DNA of 62,811 nt, the filler included, from Vannella sp. (lineage: Eukaryota), in the NCBI GenBank assembly GCA_023345925.1. It is 5 parts of 5 records of this genome, joined end to end, with 100 filler letters (N's around TTAATTAATTAA, not from the genome) between each part and the next. Parts side by side here need not be neighbours in the genome. Positions count along the whole stretch, not along the records: positions 26,609 to 41,114 come from JAJQQN010000121.1; positions 41,215 to 48,786 come from JAJQQN010000909.1; positions 48,887 to 54,885 come from JAJQQN010001270.1; 2 more parts are not named here. One strand, 5' to 3'. Positions 37,381-50,506 of the stretch are shown here, piece by piece (position 1 is the first letter of the stretch; every line of letters starts with the position of its first letter). The translations under genes and the position numbers were made by a program. The notes beneath the pieces are model-generated. The model was not told the DNA's origin. It ran no database searches and saw nothing but the letters and a program-made list of their open reading frames with translations.

Positions 37381-39246
37381 ATGCCTTCTGTTGGAATCGA
37401 TTTGGGAACAACGTACTCTTGTGTGGGCGTTTGGCAGAACGACCGCGTTGAAATCATTGCCAATGACCAAGGCAACCGTACGACGCCTTCCTTTGTTGCA
37501 TTCACGGACTCTGAGCGCTTGATTGGTGATGCTGCTCATAACCAAGTGGCCTTGAACCCAACCAACACTATCTTTGATGCAAAGCGCCTCATTGGAAGGA
37601 AGTTCAGTGACTCAGTGGTGCAAGATGATGCCAAGCAGTGGCCATTCAAGATTGTCGAGCAGCATGGTGGCAAACCTTACATTCAGGTGCAGTACGTCGG
37701 AGAGACCAAGGCATTCTCACCCGAAGAGATCTCTGCCATGGTCCTCCAGAAGATGAAGCAAGTGGCTGAAACTTATCTAGGATGCCCAGTGGACAGCGCC
37801 GTTGTCACTGTCCCGGCTTACTTTAACGATGGCCAACGACAGGCGACCAATGACGCAGGCACAATCGCCGGACTGAACATCAAGCGAATCATCAACGAGC
37901 CCACCGCTGCTGCGTTGGCCTACGGACTCAATCAAAAGTCTCAAGGAGAGTCCAACGTGCTCATCTTTGACTTGGGAGGCGGCACCTTTGACGTATCCTT
38001 GTTGACCATTGACGACGGCATGTTCGAGGTCAGAGCAACAGCTGGAGACACTCACTTAGGAGGCGAAGACTTTGATTCTCGAATGGTGAACCACTTCATC
38101 CAGGAGTTCCAACGCAAGAACGGGGGAATGGACTTATCCTCTAACCCTAGATCCATTCGGAGACTCCGCTCTGCATGTGAAAGAGCCAAACGAACGCTCT
38201 CTTCCTCCACAAGTGCTTCCATTGAGATTGATGCCCTGTTTGAAGGTGTGGACTTTTACTCTTCCATCACCCGTGCACTGTTCGATAACCTCTGCCAGGA
38301 TCTATTCCGCTCTTGCTTGGGTCCAGTGGAGCAGGTCTTGAGGGACTCGAAGATTGCCAAGAACTCTGTTAACGAGATTGTGCTGGTTGGGGGCTCCACT
38401 CGCATTCCCAAGGTTCAGCAGCTGCTCACAGACTTCTTCCATGGAAAAGAGCTGTCGCGTTCCATCAATCCAGATGAAGCTGTGGCTTACGGAGCCGCTG
38501 TACAAGCTGCCATTCTCAGCGGTGAAGGCGGAGAACGGTTGGACAAGGTACTCTTGGTGGACGTGGCACCATTGACGCTTGGTCTGGAGACTGCTGGAGG
38601 AGTCATGACTTCATTGATCCCCCGCGGGACCGTAATTCCCACAAAGAAGTCTCAGATCTTCTCCACGTACTCAGATAACCAACCAGGGGTTCGTATTCAA
38701 GTGTTCGAAGGTGAGAGGGCCATGACCAAAGACAATGAGCTCTTGGGGCAGTTTGAGCTGTCCGGAATCCCGCCTGCACCCCGCGGGGTCCCTCAAATTG
38801 AAGTGACATTCGACATGGACGCCAATGGAATCCTTCAAGTAACTGCTGCCGAGAAAGCTTCTGGGAAGCACATGAAGATCACCATCTCCAGTAACAAGGG
38901 CAGACTCTCCAAAGAGGAGGTGGACCAATTGGTGGAAGAAGCAGCCAAGTACAAGGCCCAGGACGACGAGCACAGAGGAAGAGTGGAGGCCAAGAATGCA
39001 CTCGAGGGCTTTCTCTTCGGTGCAAGAAGCACTTTGGGCGAAGAGAGCGTGAGAGCCAGATTGGAGGAATCAGATCGGCAGCTGGCACAGAAAGTGGTCG
39101 ATGAAGCGATCGGATGGTTGGAGTCCACAAACGAGGTTCAAGAGAAGTCGCTTTACGAGCAGAAACAAAGAGAAGTGGAGGGCATCGTTCATCCCATACT
39201 CAGCAAGCTGCACCAATCCAAATCTGTGGATGATGATGTGGACTAG
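37381..39246 (+). CDS. HSP70: Cytosolic-type Hsp70, intronless, ending in DDVD
   Basis: [70 protein letters not shown]. Confidence 0.97.
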   Translation: MPSVGIDLGTTYSCVGVWQNDRVEIIANDQGNRTTPSFVAFTDSERLIGDAAHNQVALNPTNTIFDAKRLIGRKFSDSVVQDDAKQWPFKIVEQHGGKPYIQVQYVGETKAFSPEEISAMVLQKMKQVAETYLGCPVDSAVVTVPAYFNDGQRQATNDAGTIAGLNIKRIINEPTAAALAYGLNQKSQGESNVLIFDLGGGTFDVSLLTIDDGMFEVRATAGDTHLGGEDFDSRMVNHFIQEFQRKNGGMDLSSNPRSIRRLRSACERAKRTLSSSTSASIEIDALFEGVDFYSSITRALFDNLCQDLFRSCLGPVEQVLRDSKIAKNSVNEIVLVGGSTRIPKVQQLLTDFFHGKELSRSINPDEAVAYGAAVQAAILSGEGGERLDKVLLVDVAPLTLGLETAGGVMTSLIPRGTVIPTKKSQIFSTYSDNQPGVRIQVFEGERAMTKDNELLGQFELSGIPPAPRGVPQIEVTFDMDANGILQVTAAEKASGKHMKITISSNKGRLSKEEVDQLVEEAAKYKAQDDEHRGRVEAKNALEGFLFGARSTLGEESVRARLEESDRQLAQKVVDEAIGWLESTNEVQEKSLYEQKQREVEGIVHPILSKLHQSKSVDDDVD

Positions 39247-39593
39247 ATTCCCGTTTCTCCAGGGTGGACCCTTTCCTCTTTACCAACTATTCCTCTTCAC
39301 TAAAGCTGCTTTCGACAACTCTCTATTCCGTAAGATGTTAGCAGGCTCGCTCTACACAGAAGAATGTTCTCCGTGAGAATCCTTCCTGTGTGGGATCACA
39401 CTTGCAACCAGACAGAAGGGAACACTGGATCTGCCCTACAAACTTGTCGACAGTGAAGTGTAAATCCAAGGTCACACTTTCCATGAAGAAGCCCTCCACG
39501 AGAGGGGGAGAAGGGGAAATGAGCGGAATGGCGCATATCACCCTTTCAATGAGTCGGTCCTTTAGAGGGGTTCGTTGGCCTTTAAATGCAGAA

Positions 39594-41111
39594 TCAAGTG
39601 TCAAAGAAGGTAGTGGAAGGCGTGTTGCGAGAGAAGGAATGCTCCACCCAAATGGTATGGCGGTGAAGGAACGCTTCTTCAGTCATGGGGTCGATGACAG
39701 CAAGGACGGCAACATATCTCCCTCTCTGGATGAAAGTAAGAGCTTGGGAGCGCACTTGCATGGATAATCTTGCGCGAATGAGTGTGGTCTCTTCCCACAC
39801 CGGTTCGCCCTCTGCATTGGAGATGGTGACCTTCAAGCGCGTGTTTAGGAAGATGTTCCTGAAATCTCTGATAGAAAGATTGATCACAAACTGACCCCCC
39901 ACATGGCTTTCCTTCGTCAAGTAAAGGAAGGCCGCTTCAGTGACCTCAAAATGTTTGGAAATAGTCTTGAACCGGAAATTTCCTTTTTCGAACCTAGAAA
40001 ACTGGTCCATGGACTCTTCTACCTTGCCTTGATTGAGAAGCAGGTGCCCTAAAAGGCTTCGAGCAGAGGCGGCGAGATCGAGAGCTTCTTCATCCTCCTC
40101 GGAGTGCTCCTTCATGCTGAGATCCAAGCTCTCAGCATGCTCTCCGTATATGTTCAACACCACTTGGCACTTGGACTTTGCGAATTCAGGAAAGTCGTGT
40201 GTTGCATAAAGGTTTGCCAAAGTAACAAGATACTCGAAGTACTCGAAATCCTCAAAGGATTGGGGAAAGTTCGGCTCCACAATCTCGGCAAAGATCTTTT
40301 CAGAGAGCTCCGGATGGCTTCGGAAAATATGCAACGATTGGAGTTGAAGGATGGACTCAATTGCACTCTCCACTACTGCAGGAGGCAATGGTTTGCTCAC
40401 TTTCATGAGCATAGCAACAGACTCCTGGGCGCACTTTTCTGCTTGTTGTATGTTCTCCATCAATTCAAAGTACACGCTTCGATGGCCTGCCAATCTGGAT
40501 GTCAGTTCTTTGTGGGTTGCAGGAGTTCCTCTCACGTTTGGAATCAGCCAAGTTGGTTAATGGTGTCGATGTAGAGGAAGCCAACTCATCGCAACGATCC
40601 AAGTGCTCCAATGCCTTGGGAGAAAGGAGGTAAGTGCTCGCAATGGCGCAAGACACCTCGTAATCGAACAAGGCATCGCTGTCCTGAGTGAGTGAAAGGC
40701 AATACAAAACAGCCTCGTATGCCCTTTGGAATTCCTCTACTTTTGCGTAAGATTCAAATCAAAGGCGCGAGAACGATGGTCCATTGCCTCCTCCAAGTCC
40801 CCGTTCTCCTCGAAGCAGTTGGCAACCCTTTCCAACATGACAGCCATCTCGTAGTCCATCAAGCTCTGCCCACAGTACTCAATGTAATCGAGTGCAGACT
40901 GCAGCTGATCTGTTGTGAGAGGTTGAGGGAACTTCTTCTTCTTCTTCTTCTTCTTCCCGTCCGAAGCGCCCTCCTCAGCAGCAGAGCCTTCTTTCCCTTT
41001 CACTTTGACGCTCCATATCAGATACATCATCGTCGCTCCTGTTGCCAATGCTGCAGAGACAACAACACAAAGGAGCGCTTCCTTCACCCCAAAGGGAGCT
41101 TTCTCCTCCAT
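39594..41111 (-). CDS. Signal-anchored TPR-like helical protein of unknown function, spliced
   Basis: N-terminal TM followed by a KKKKKKKK tract; TPR-like helices (LERVANCFEENGDLEEAMDH, LLGHLLLNQGKVEESMDQF); beta-rich C-terminus. Confidence 0.6.
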
Positions 41112-41114
41112 CCC

Positions 41115-41214
41115 NNNNNNNNNNNNNNNNNNNNNNNNNNNNNNNNNNNNNNNNNNNNTTAATTAATTAANNNNNNNNNNNNNNNNNNNNNNNNNNNNNN
41201 NNNNNNNNNNNNNN
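41115..41214. other. Artificial contig-joining linker
   Basis: N44-TTAATTAATTAA-N44. Confidence 0.99.
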
Positions 41215-41270
41215 TTTCCGAAAGATTCGAGGAATTATGAAAATTCTGTCATTTGGGGATCCATTGTGTG

Positions 41271-42821
41271 ATGGAGAGGAGAACTCCCAAGGAAGAACTC
41301 TCAAAGGCTCTAGAAGGAGCAAGAGATACGAATCGCTTCTATGGCATTCAGATCCCTTCGGCTAGATGGGCAAAGAAGAGACATCAGTTGCGGACATTCA
41401 AGAGCAAGTCTACCATTTACAGAGTGTTCCCCATACAAAGGGCGGCTTTTGACTATGCCAATAGGATGAACCAGGATCCTAGTGACTTAGATCAGTACTT
41501 TGTCTTTGCTGGAGAGACAGGTGAGGCGCGACACTATCAAACCCAGCTTATATGGAGGTTAACATGATGTCTAGGGGAGGAGGGGAAGAGAACCTACCTT
41601 GTCACTACCCTGGGAGGGTTCTGGGAGAGATATATTGTCATGGAAGCAAGCAATCGATGTTTCTATGAGGTGATTCCAGAGAACCAGCCTTGCCATCTTT
41701 ACTTTGACTTGGAGTTCTCCTTCCAATACCCAAGCAACAGCTCTTTGTCGAAGCAGAAGATCGAGTCCTACTTTGAGCAGCTCCTCTGCTTCGCTATTCC
41801 GTTGATGTTGGGGAAACCTTGTTCCCAAAGTAACATACTTCGCTTAGATGCGACCTCATCGAAGAAGTTCTCGCAGCATTGGGTCGTTAAACTACCCGGT
41901 AGCATGTTTGAGAACAACATTCAATGTGGCTATTGTGTGAGAATGTTGGTGGATCATCTCGAACGTCAGGTACCCTTCGTTCCAGGGGGCAGTCTTTCTA
42001 TCCCAATGACCTTCGAAGGAGAAGAGAGGACCGTACCGTTATCAGAGCTCTGTGACCTGTTCCAAAGGCAGAGTGATCCCGAGGGCGGGCGATCTTGGTT
42101 CATTGACCTTGGAGTGTACACTCGAAACCGAAACTTCCGCATTTATGGCTCGTCCAAGCGACTGGGAGTATCGCCTGCATTGTACTTGGCGTCCTCATGC
42201 ACATACCCACTCCACTCCAACACTGGTGACGATCATCTCCTTCGATCGCGAACAGTTCTCTCACAGAAGGTATTCTTGGAGTCTCTCGTGTCATATAGGG
42301 GACATCTGTACAAAGGAGGAGCTATCGACCCATCACAGTTGATAACAGTGGCGACTACTCCGAGAGAGTCTCCAACTCCCCCTTCAAGTTCAACTGTTGT
42401 TCGTTATAGTCTCCAGCATGAGCTTTCATCCAAAGAGTTCCCCTTTCAAGAGGTACACTTGAAGGAACTTGATGCCCTCGTCGCGTCTTGGCTGTTTGCT
42501 CGTCCTGGTCGTCAGGGACAAGTCAGAGGGCGTCTTTTCTTCTCCACTCCACCTCGGATACAGTACTCCATCGCCAGTAACCGGTTCTGTGGAAACATTG
42601 GAAGAGAGCACAAAAGCAATCATGTCTTTGTCACTGCTGACCTTCAACAGGGCCACCTGTTTCAGCAGTGCCTTGATCCTTCTTGTAAGGGCTATAGAAG
42701 TGAACCTATGATCATCCCAGAAGGTCTTATCGCGAGTATGCAGATGGACCTCCAAGAGGAGGAGTTGGAGCACGCCATACGCGATTCCATTGAAGGAGGC
42801 GATCCCATTTGGGCATTGTAA
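41271..42821 (+). CDS. PRIMPOL: DNA primase-polymerase PrimPol (AEP + UL52-like zinc finger), 2 exons
   Basis: FYEVIPENQPCHLYFDLEF (DxE), KFSQH, FIDLGVYTRNRNFR, RFCGNIGREHKSNH...QQCLDPSC. Confidence 0.94.
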
Positions 42822-42877
42822 GAAGACTTGTACGTTGAGTAAATGACTGTTTATCGTAAGGGTGCTCTGTTGATCGC

Positions 42878-43285
42878 TTAGCAGACGCTCTTGAGGAAGG
42901 CGATGGTGTCTTGGCGATCTCCAGCCTTCTTGAACCCAGCGAAGTTCATCTTGGTCTTGGGGATGTAAGCCTTGGGGTTCTCAAGGTAGTCGAAAAGAGT
43001 CTCCTCGGTCCAGACGATACCTTCGGGAGAGTAAGAAGCAGCAGTTTCGATCGAGAAAAAGACCTACCAGAGTTCTTGTTGGCAGCACTGTAAGCAAAGT
43101 CTGGGATGGAACCAGCGGTGCGACCGAAGAGTCCGTGAAGGTTGGGTCCCTGCTTGTGAGCAGCTCCCTGTTGATCAAAATTAGAAGATCCTTCTCGTTT
43201 CTTTCCCCACGCAACTCACGGCTTCATAGGTGTGGCACTGGGCGCATCTGGTCTTGAACAGCTTCTCTCCCTTTACAGCGGACAT
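42878..43285 (-). CDS. CYC: Mitochondrial cytochrome c, 3 exons
   Basis: [31 protein letters not shown]...[34 protein letters not shown]; introns 43168-43219 and 43021-43067. Confidence 0.97.
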
Positions 43286-43584
43286 GGCAGCGAGTGAATG
43301 ACAGACAAAGCAACCAACCAACGAGATCATGTATCGCTTTCTGATTCCTGGAATTTCACATTTGACTCTCTGCATTAATCCGTTGATGGCTTTGCGCTTT
43401 TCATTACATTTACAGAAACATCGGGAATCTGGGGCAGGTTAAAATCGAAAGCGCGAAAGCCAGCGCCGAGGCCAGCATGTCCACATCCGAGGCAAACTCT
43501 GGGACAGAACCAGGACCTGGCAAGGTGGGATGTACATTGATTTATGTGGTTCGATAACACACTCGAGCTGACCGGTCATTGGTC

Positions 43585-45298
43585 TTAATTGTCGCCTGGT
43601 TTGGGGGTTGACTTCATCACATTAATGGAAGAGCTTCGAGAGAATCCAACAGATTTGCGGGCCATGAGCGCGCGAACTTGATCGCTTCCTTCGCTATCCA
43701 TACTGCCTCTACCGAATTGAGAGGCTCGCCTGTTGGGGGGTTCAATAGTGTTGAGTGATGGACTCTTCTTCATCCCTTCATCGGCAAAGAGATGAGGTGC
43801 CATTCGGCGAGGCAGTGCTTTGTGCTGCAATCCAAATAGTGGATTGGTAGTGACCACTTCATCTGCTTCTGAAGTTGTCATCACTAAATCAGCTGGGGTT
43901 GTTGGAGCACGTTTTCTCTTCAAGGTCCACCGGCTATCCACTCTCTTGAGGCTCCCATGTGGGGTCTCCTTGCATTGATCATTCATCTTTTGCTTTTGTA
44001 AAGCGTACGTGCGGCTGTCAGCAATATAGGAGAACCATTGGTCGCTCTCTTTCTGATTTTCGATGTGGAGATTGAGCACATAATCTTGAGCAAAGATCAT
44101 AAGAGATGGTTGGGTCTCTGGCACGGACTCGTCAGCTTCAAAGATAGATTCTTGACAAGGTAAACTCACCAACAGAGGAACTTTTGAGGAGATTGGTCAC
44201 CTCTTTTAAGTAAATAAGTCGCCGAACCTTGAAAATGTTCTTCTTCTTCTCCAGAATAACCTTGGCGACCAGTAACATGTCATTAAATAGGATGAGCTTC
44301 CGAGAATGAGACTCTTGTTCCTCATTCTCTGAGCACTGAATCACAGCTTCTGTAACAAATTTGCGATCTGCCTGTAAGAGAGAGCCAACGTCCTTCTCCA
44401 TCTTCTTTGGCATGCGAAGATCCTGCTGAATGGAGACTATCTTGTTGATGTTCGCAAACTTCTCTTGAGAATTCTCAACAGATTGAGCTGTTGCGTTGAT
44501 ATTGGTGCACGCAATGGAGAGCTCTGGGTAGTCCAGGTGCTCATCCCACGTGTTTTTGAATATCTCCTGCCATCTTTGTCACCAAACAACCTCCCCTCGC
44601 TGCACTCCACTCACCTGAAGCAACATTCGATAGCGAGGAATACGTTGGACTGGAAGGATCATGAAGTCGAAGATGGTTTTGCCGTGCAGGCGTTCATTGC
44701 TTGAGATTTTCTGTCCTTCGTGTGAGTCACGTGATGCCCCTTTGGGGTGGGCTGACCTCAAAGAAGCTGGCGAATGCTTCTGTCTTCCTGAGCTTGCCAA
44801 GGATGATTCGAGCATTCTCAAAGTCATTGCAGTAGGCAGTGTAGCTCTTCAGACCGTATGCCTTGGATGAGTTAGCAACGGTTGTAGAGGAGGACTGGAA
44901 GTACGCACCAGAGTCTTAAAGGCCTCTCCTATGAGGAGGTAGTCTGTTTCAGGAACTGCCAGTCTCTTTTGTAGCTCTACCAGAAGGAGTTTGTTGACCG
45001 GGAGGATGATGTTGAGGCTTCCGAAGATCGTCCTCACATCATCTGTTGAGATAACAGCACCGGGCTCCTTAAGGAGAGAGTTTTGGTGAAGAGGCTCATA
45101 AAATGCTTCTTTCAAGAGCTCTAAATTGGCGACGTAAGCCACCTCCGTCTCGAGAAGCTCTTGCGCCACCCTTCTCCGCTTCCTCTTCTTCTTCAGCTGG
45201 TCTTCTGAAAGACACCCTTCTGGATCAAACGCCGAAGTCTCCTCTACCCTCGGAGGGTCTTGTTTATCACCTCCAACCAACACGGTGGGAGGATCCAT
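43585..45298 (-). CDS. Dbl-family RhoGEF (DH-PH), multi-exon
   Basis: RRRVAQELLETEVAYVANL, ILPVQRIPRYRMLL, PH RKLILFNDMLLVAK and SDQWFSYI. Confidence 0.9.
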
Positions 45299-45443
45299 CA
45301 ATAGGTGGTGGCAGATAAGAATGAATCAGGTAACAATATCTTTAAAATTATTCAAATGATGGTTCAAATGAGAGCCTTGATTACGGTGGTTCGACAGAAG
45401 CCACGAAGGGATGGTCAGGAGCAGAGTACGGTGGGCTAGTTGT

Positions 45444-46122
45444 TTATAATATGGTACAAGGGTGACGCCCTTTCTTGCTTTGAATAACTCCACTTTGATT
45501 CAGTAGCTCTGTGGGATCCTTCTTCATGGTGGAGACTGGCCCATCCATTATCAGCTCGACAAGGGCTTGGAAGGGATCTTCGGTGTTGACGTTGTCCCGT
45601 GCACTTGTTTCGAAGAACTGAATGTTTTGTGACTTTGCATATGCCTCGCCATCTTCAAACTCGATGGCTTTTGATCCCATGAGGTCGCACTTGTTGCCCA
45701 CGAGGACTATGGGGATGGTCTGCTGCGTTGGCCCCTTTCCCTTGGAGCAGTACTTTTTGATCTCAGCCATCCATTCAGGTAGTTTGTCGAAGGAGTCTCT
45801 GTCGGTAACGTCATAGCAGACGACTATCGCCTCACACCCCTGGTAGAAGCTCTGCGTGATGAGTCGGAAGGCTTCCTGTCCCATTGTGTCTTGCAGCTGT
45901 AGCTTGGTTTCCTTCCCACGGACCATGACAGTGCAATCAAATTTCTCATCTATGGTGGGGAGAGGACCCTCAGGGAACTTTCCGTTAGCAACCCGATACA
46001 GCAAGGATGTCTTCCCTGCGGACCAACGTCTGAGTATCACACATCGCGGTACAAGAAAGTCACTCACCGGTGCCGATCTTCCCTGCAACCACTATCTTGA
46101 CTGTCCTCTTCAGTTCTGCCAT
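45444..46122 (-). CDS. Divergent Rab-family small GTPase with CaaX box, 2 exons
   Basis: KIVVAGKIGTG|KTSLL, LQLQDTMGQEAFRLITQSFY, YDVTD, VGNKCD, FETSAR, C-terminal CTIL. Confidence 0.88.
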
Positions 46123-46329
46123 AGAGCGGCTAAGCGGCTGGGCTGCAGAAAGAATGAAACATGAAGCAGCAAAGCCGATCACAATGAATCAACTGATTTA
46201 TCATAATTTTGATGCGAGGAAAGAGATAAGGGCTTATGGATGCATCCAGTTTGATCGAGAAGGACTTGGTTTCTTGTGCCAAGAGATCTCCCATCCTGCT
46301 CTCCTCCTGTGATCTCTTTGAGGGCTTGT

Positions 46330-47034
46330 ATGGCAAGAAGGAGATTTGATCCTCGAACTCCTCTGGGGAAGCGTCAGCGTTCACTCAAATCGCGCCAATC
46401 CCAAATCTGGAGTGAAGTGTGGGCGTTTGTGTCGTCGAGACCCCTGCGCACTTCGAACAAAGACTTAGACAATGAAAAGGACGACTAGTATGGCAGTTTA
46501 GCCATCTCACCTGCTCTCCTGGGATCCTGTGAATGGCTCCAGTCGAGTTTCCCGCATTCCCAGCATGTTCAATCAATCGGGGTTTAATTAGAACGTTCTT
46601 TGAGTTATGTATTAAGGATGAATTGCAGCTGGAGTGACTCCAGAGGTGGATTGTGCCCCAGATATTTCGAAGATATTTTGGAGATCTCTCTAGAAAGCTA
46701 TCCTTTGGACCACTATTACTTCCAGTCACCAGCTTATCAACATGTTCTTCTCCAAGAGGAAGAGAGTGTACGGAGACGATCCCTCGGAGGACTCACCAAG
46801 GAAACGGCGCAAGTTCGCCCAAGAAGTGTCTTGCTCTGAATGCAGCAAGATTGAGAGGCTTGACGAGATAGGCCTGCAAGAAGTTCCAGCTCAGGTACAT
46901 CCCAGATCTCAGTACCATACCCTTGACTAAACTAGCTACTGGAGTGGAAGTGGGTCTGTTTAGATTGCTTGACCGACGATCTCTACCTTCAAATCGAGCA
47001 TACCAACCAGAACACTCATGTTGCAGAAGAGTGA
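46330..47034 (+). CDS. Hypothetical spliced protein with CxxC...CxxC motif, 5 exons
   Basis: Four GT-AG introns of 41-55 nt link short ORFs in frame: ...CPRYFEDILE...EEES|FAQEVSCSECSK...PAQ|LLEWKWVCLDCL. Confidence 0.45.
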
Positions 47035-47050
47035 GCCGTAAGCGATACGA

Positions 47051-48591
47051 TTAGAAGAAGGTCACGTCCCTCCCAAAAATGGCTGTCTTCAGCCTGAGGA
47101 TAAAGTTAGGTCACCTGTACACCGTCCTTGCCACTCACCAGTCGTATGGAACTTGCACTCGATTAACCCAAGAGCCCAATCTTGTCAGGTAAGCAGCACG
47201 CCAAGCGATCCAAGAAGTGAGACCCGACAAGTGAACATGATCCGATTGAAGGATAGAGTTGTGAGCCCCAAGGTTCGCCATCATCCCCAAGAAATGGAAC
47301 TTGAACTTTGGAACCTCCTTTCCAAGAACCATTCGGTTCAAGGCTTCAGCCAGATACTTCCCTTGCTGTTGAGCGACTTGTGCGGTGGCGGGGAGAACGA
47401 TCCCTTCAGGACAAGCGCAATCTCCGAATGCAAAGATGTTATCATGTCCCAGTACCTTCAAGAAGTCATCCACCAGGATCCTTCCTCGAGCCTAACAGCT
47501 GCTTAGGACAAGGAAGCGAGCGAGCCACGAATGACTCACCTTAGGGAAGGGAGATTGGTCGATTACTGGCAGAGGACCGACGCCAGTCGACCATACCAAG
47601 GTTCCATAAGGAATACGCTCTCCATCTGTAAGCTCAATGAAGTCAGGACTGACGGATTTGACCGTAGAGTGGGTTCTGATGTCAGCTCCTTGTTCTTTGA
47701 GTGCTGAAAGAGCCTTCTTGATCAAGTTTTGATGGAATGAAGAGAGGATTGTTGGACCAGCCTCCAGCAGGGTGACTTGAACCTCACTAGATTGGATAGT
47801 AGGAAAGGCACGAGGGACATCATTCCAAAGGAAGTCACTGAGCTCTCCAGCAAACTCTACACCCGTCGGTCCTCCTCCTACAATCACACAACTCAGGATC
47901 CTGCCCCCTCTGTGAGTCACAAGTGAGATGGTACGACGAGTTGTTACCTCTTCTTCTCAGCCAAAGAGATGTTAGGCATCACAGCTTCTTCAAAGCGCTG
48001 GAGAAGATGGGAACGAATGCGCCGTGCGTCGCTGAGTTCTTTGAGGAAGAAAGCGTTCTCCTCCACACCAGGGACACCGAAGGTGTTGTTTCTAGCACCA
48101 ACGCCAATGACCAGCTTGTCATATTTCACCTCAAACTCGTTGTCACGGTGAGGGTCAGAGCAGCGGATAACTGCAAAGCGTGTCAGAGCTGCTGTGATGT
48201 GCCATGGGGTTGTCTTACTGTTCTTTCCAGGAGAGAACTCGATACAGCTACCTTGGTAGTACGTTACGTGGTCCATCACCCTCGAGGTTCGAAGTGGTTC
48301 GACAATCGAACGGAATTCTAAAGTTCCCACGGTAGTGGAAGCTAGCAGGGGAGTGAAGAGGAAGTGGTTACGAGGAGACACTACAGTGATCTCGTAATCG
48401 TCCTGCAGAGATCGAATCAAACGGAAGGACGCCCAACCAGTCCCCAGAATGACCACTTTCTCCTTTTCTGTGACTCCAAACAGCCTTTCCAGAGTAGAAG
48501 GCTTCTTCGCCTCCGGTCTCTTACCTAAACTCCGACACACTGCACAGAAAGGCTTGTTCCTCACCTGCAAGGCACCTCTCCTGGCCAACAT
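47051..48591 (-). CDS. NDH2: Type II (alternative) NADH dehydrogenase, mitochondrial, multi-exon
   Basis: VVILGTGWAS, SPRNHFLFTPLLASTTVGTLEFRSIVEP, VIVGGGPTGVEFAGEL, LPATAQVAQQQG, C-terminal FGRD. Confidence 0.94.
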
Positions 48592-48786
48592 CGCCTAATA
48601 ATAAGCGAAGGAGCTTCTTAATAGCAGAATGTTGGATTCTTTATTGTCAGCCAGAGAGATGCTCGCTGATGGTCTCCAAAGTGTCGACCTCGAGAGAGGA
48701 ACTTGAGTTTTGGTCGCGTTCTGGGATCACGTGATCCTCTTTGCCCATTCTTCTCAGACGGACGGCAACCTCTTTAAAAGATGGAC

Positions 48787-48886
48787 NNNNNNNNNNNNNN
48801 NNNNNNNNNNNNNNNNNNNNNNNNNNNNNNTTAATTAATTAANNNNNNNNNNNNNNNNNNNNNNNNNNNNNNNNNNNNNNNNNNNN
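48787..48886. other. Artificial contig-joining linker
   Basis: N44-TTAATTAATTAA-N44. Confidence 0.99.
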
Positions 48887-49072
48887 CCAGCGTGCCGCAG
48901 TTGGCTTCTCTTCAGAAGATCCGTTCAGTTGAAGGCAAGCCCACGAATCTCCCGAGCCTGTGCGCTGAACGAACAGCTCTCCCTTCTCGTTGCTTTTGAC
49001 AAGCAAGTCCATCGTCATCCCGCGGTTTGGCGGGATGAGACGGTTACAAGCCTTGGGAAAGTCATTATTGGG

Positions 49073-50406
49073 ATGGTTAGCGACGAAGACGATGTTCCCA
49101 TGTTGGATGTGTGGGACGACAGTGGGCGGGGAGTGGATTCTGAGATGCTAAAGGATAGGAGGAAGGTACCAGTGACGATTATCACTGGTTTCTTGGGTGC
49201 AGGCAAGGTAAGCTGGATGCCAGGACGGCTGAAGGCTGTGTTTTGACTTTTGGTGTGATCCCAGACGACCCTCTTGAACTATGTGATGACTGCGAACCAC
49301 GGAAAGAGGATAGCAGTCATTCAGAATGAGTTTGGCGCCCGTAAGTCTGGGGATCAGTGAGCCATGAAGCTAATCAACTCTTCCGTTCAAGAGACGGGCA
49401 TTGAAGAGGCGATGGTGATGAACGAGGAGGGCAATCAAAGTGTCCAGTGGATGGAGCTACCTAATGGCTGTATCTGCTGCTCCGTACGATCCGATCTGGT
49501 GCGTGCTGTCGAGTATTTGGTCGAAAAGTCGGAGAACTTTGAGTACGTTCTCGTCGAGACGGATGGCTTGGCCCGTCCTGGACCAGTAGCTGCTGCATTC
49601 TGGGTAGACGAAGAGCTGGAGTCCCGTAAGCACTCCAGAGATCTGTGGAGTCGTCTGAAAGCATCACTCACCCCTCTTACTCGAGTGTAGCACTGTATTT
49701 GGATGGTATTGTGACAGTAGTAGATGCAAAGAACATCCTCCAACACCTGAATGGGGGACCAAGTGACACAGGAAGCGCAGCACAGCAACAGATCGCCATT
49801 TCCGACTGCATTCTCATCAACAAGGTGGACTTGGTGGCTGACTCAGACCTACTTGCACTAGAAACGCGTATCAGAGAGCTAAACGACTGCGCAAGGACCC
49901 ACAGGACCTGCCAGTCTCACGTAAACCTCGATCAGATCCTCCACATTCACGCCTATGACCTAAGTCGAGCTTTGGAGGTCGATCAGGAGCTAGAGACGAT
50001 CATCAACGCAAAGAAGAAGGTACATGGTAGCTCTGATTGCTTGGAGACGCATGACCACACGAAGGAGTGCGCTCTGAGACCAGTTTCGAGTCATTCGGAT
50101 GTGGGAACTCTGTGCCTTGTGTCGGAGGAGCCAGTAGACCGAGAGAAGATGATACGATGGCTCGGTGAGATGCTATGGGAGGAATCAAATCGGGCGGACG
50201 TCCTTCGGATGAAGGGAGTGGTCCACATCAAGGATCAGCCTTTGCGTTTCGCACTCCAGGGCGTCCACGATACCTTTGATCTCTCCTGCACTCAAGTACC
50301 TTGGGGACAGGATCCCCGCATCTCCAAAATCGTCTTCATTGGGCGCAACCTCGACGAGGAAAGCCTCACTGCAGGCTTCCTCTTCTGCCGCTCGACCCCT
50401 CCATAA
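49073..50406 (+). CDS. ZNG1: COG0523/CobW-family zinc metallochaperone GTPase (ZNG1/CBWD-like), 4 exons
   Basis: VPVTIITGFLGAGK|TT, IQNEFG, NGCICCSV (CxCC), ETDGLA.PG, LDGIVTVVDA, NKVDLV, CobW_C LRMKG...LQGVH...KIVFIGRNLD. Confidence 0.92.
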
Positions 50407-50506
50407 ACGCAGCTTGGCTGTACCCCCTCTCATAGTTGCTGGAGCTTCACAAGGCCAGAGGCGTTTGAGCTCTACAACGAGCGGAAGTCCAAGTGGGGAT
50501 GAACTG

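Noticed and set aside
41271..42821. AEP primase as a sign of a virus or mobile element
   Set aside because: Spliced, canonical cellular PrimPol among housekeeping genes.
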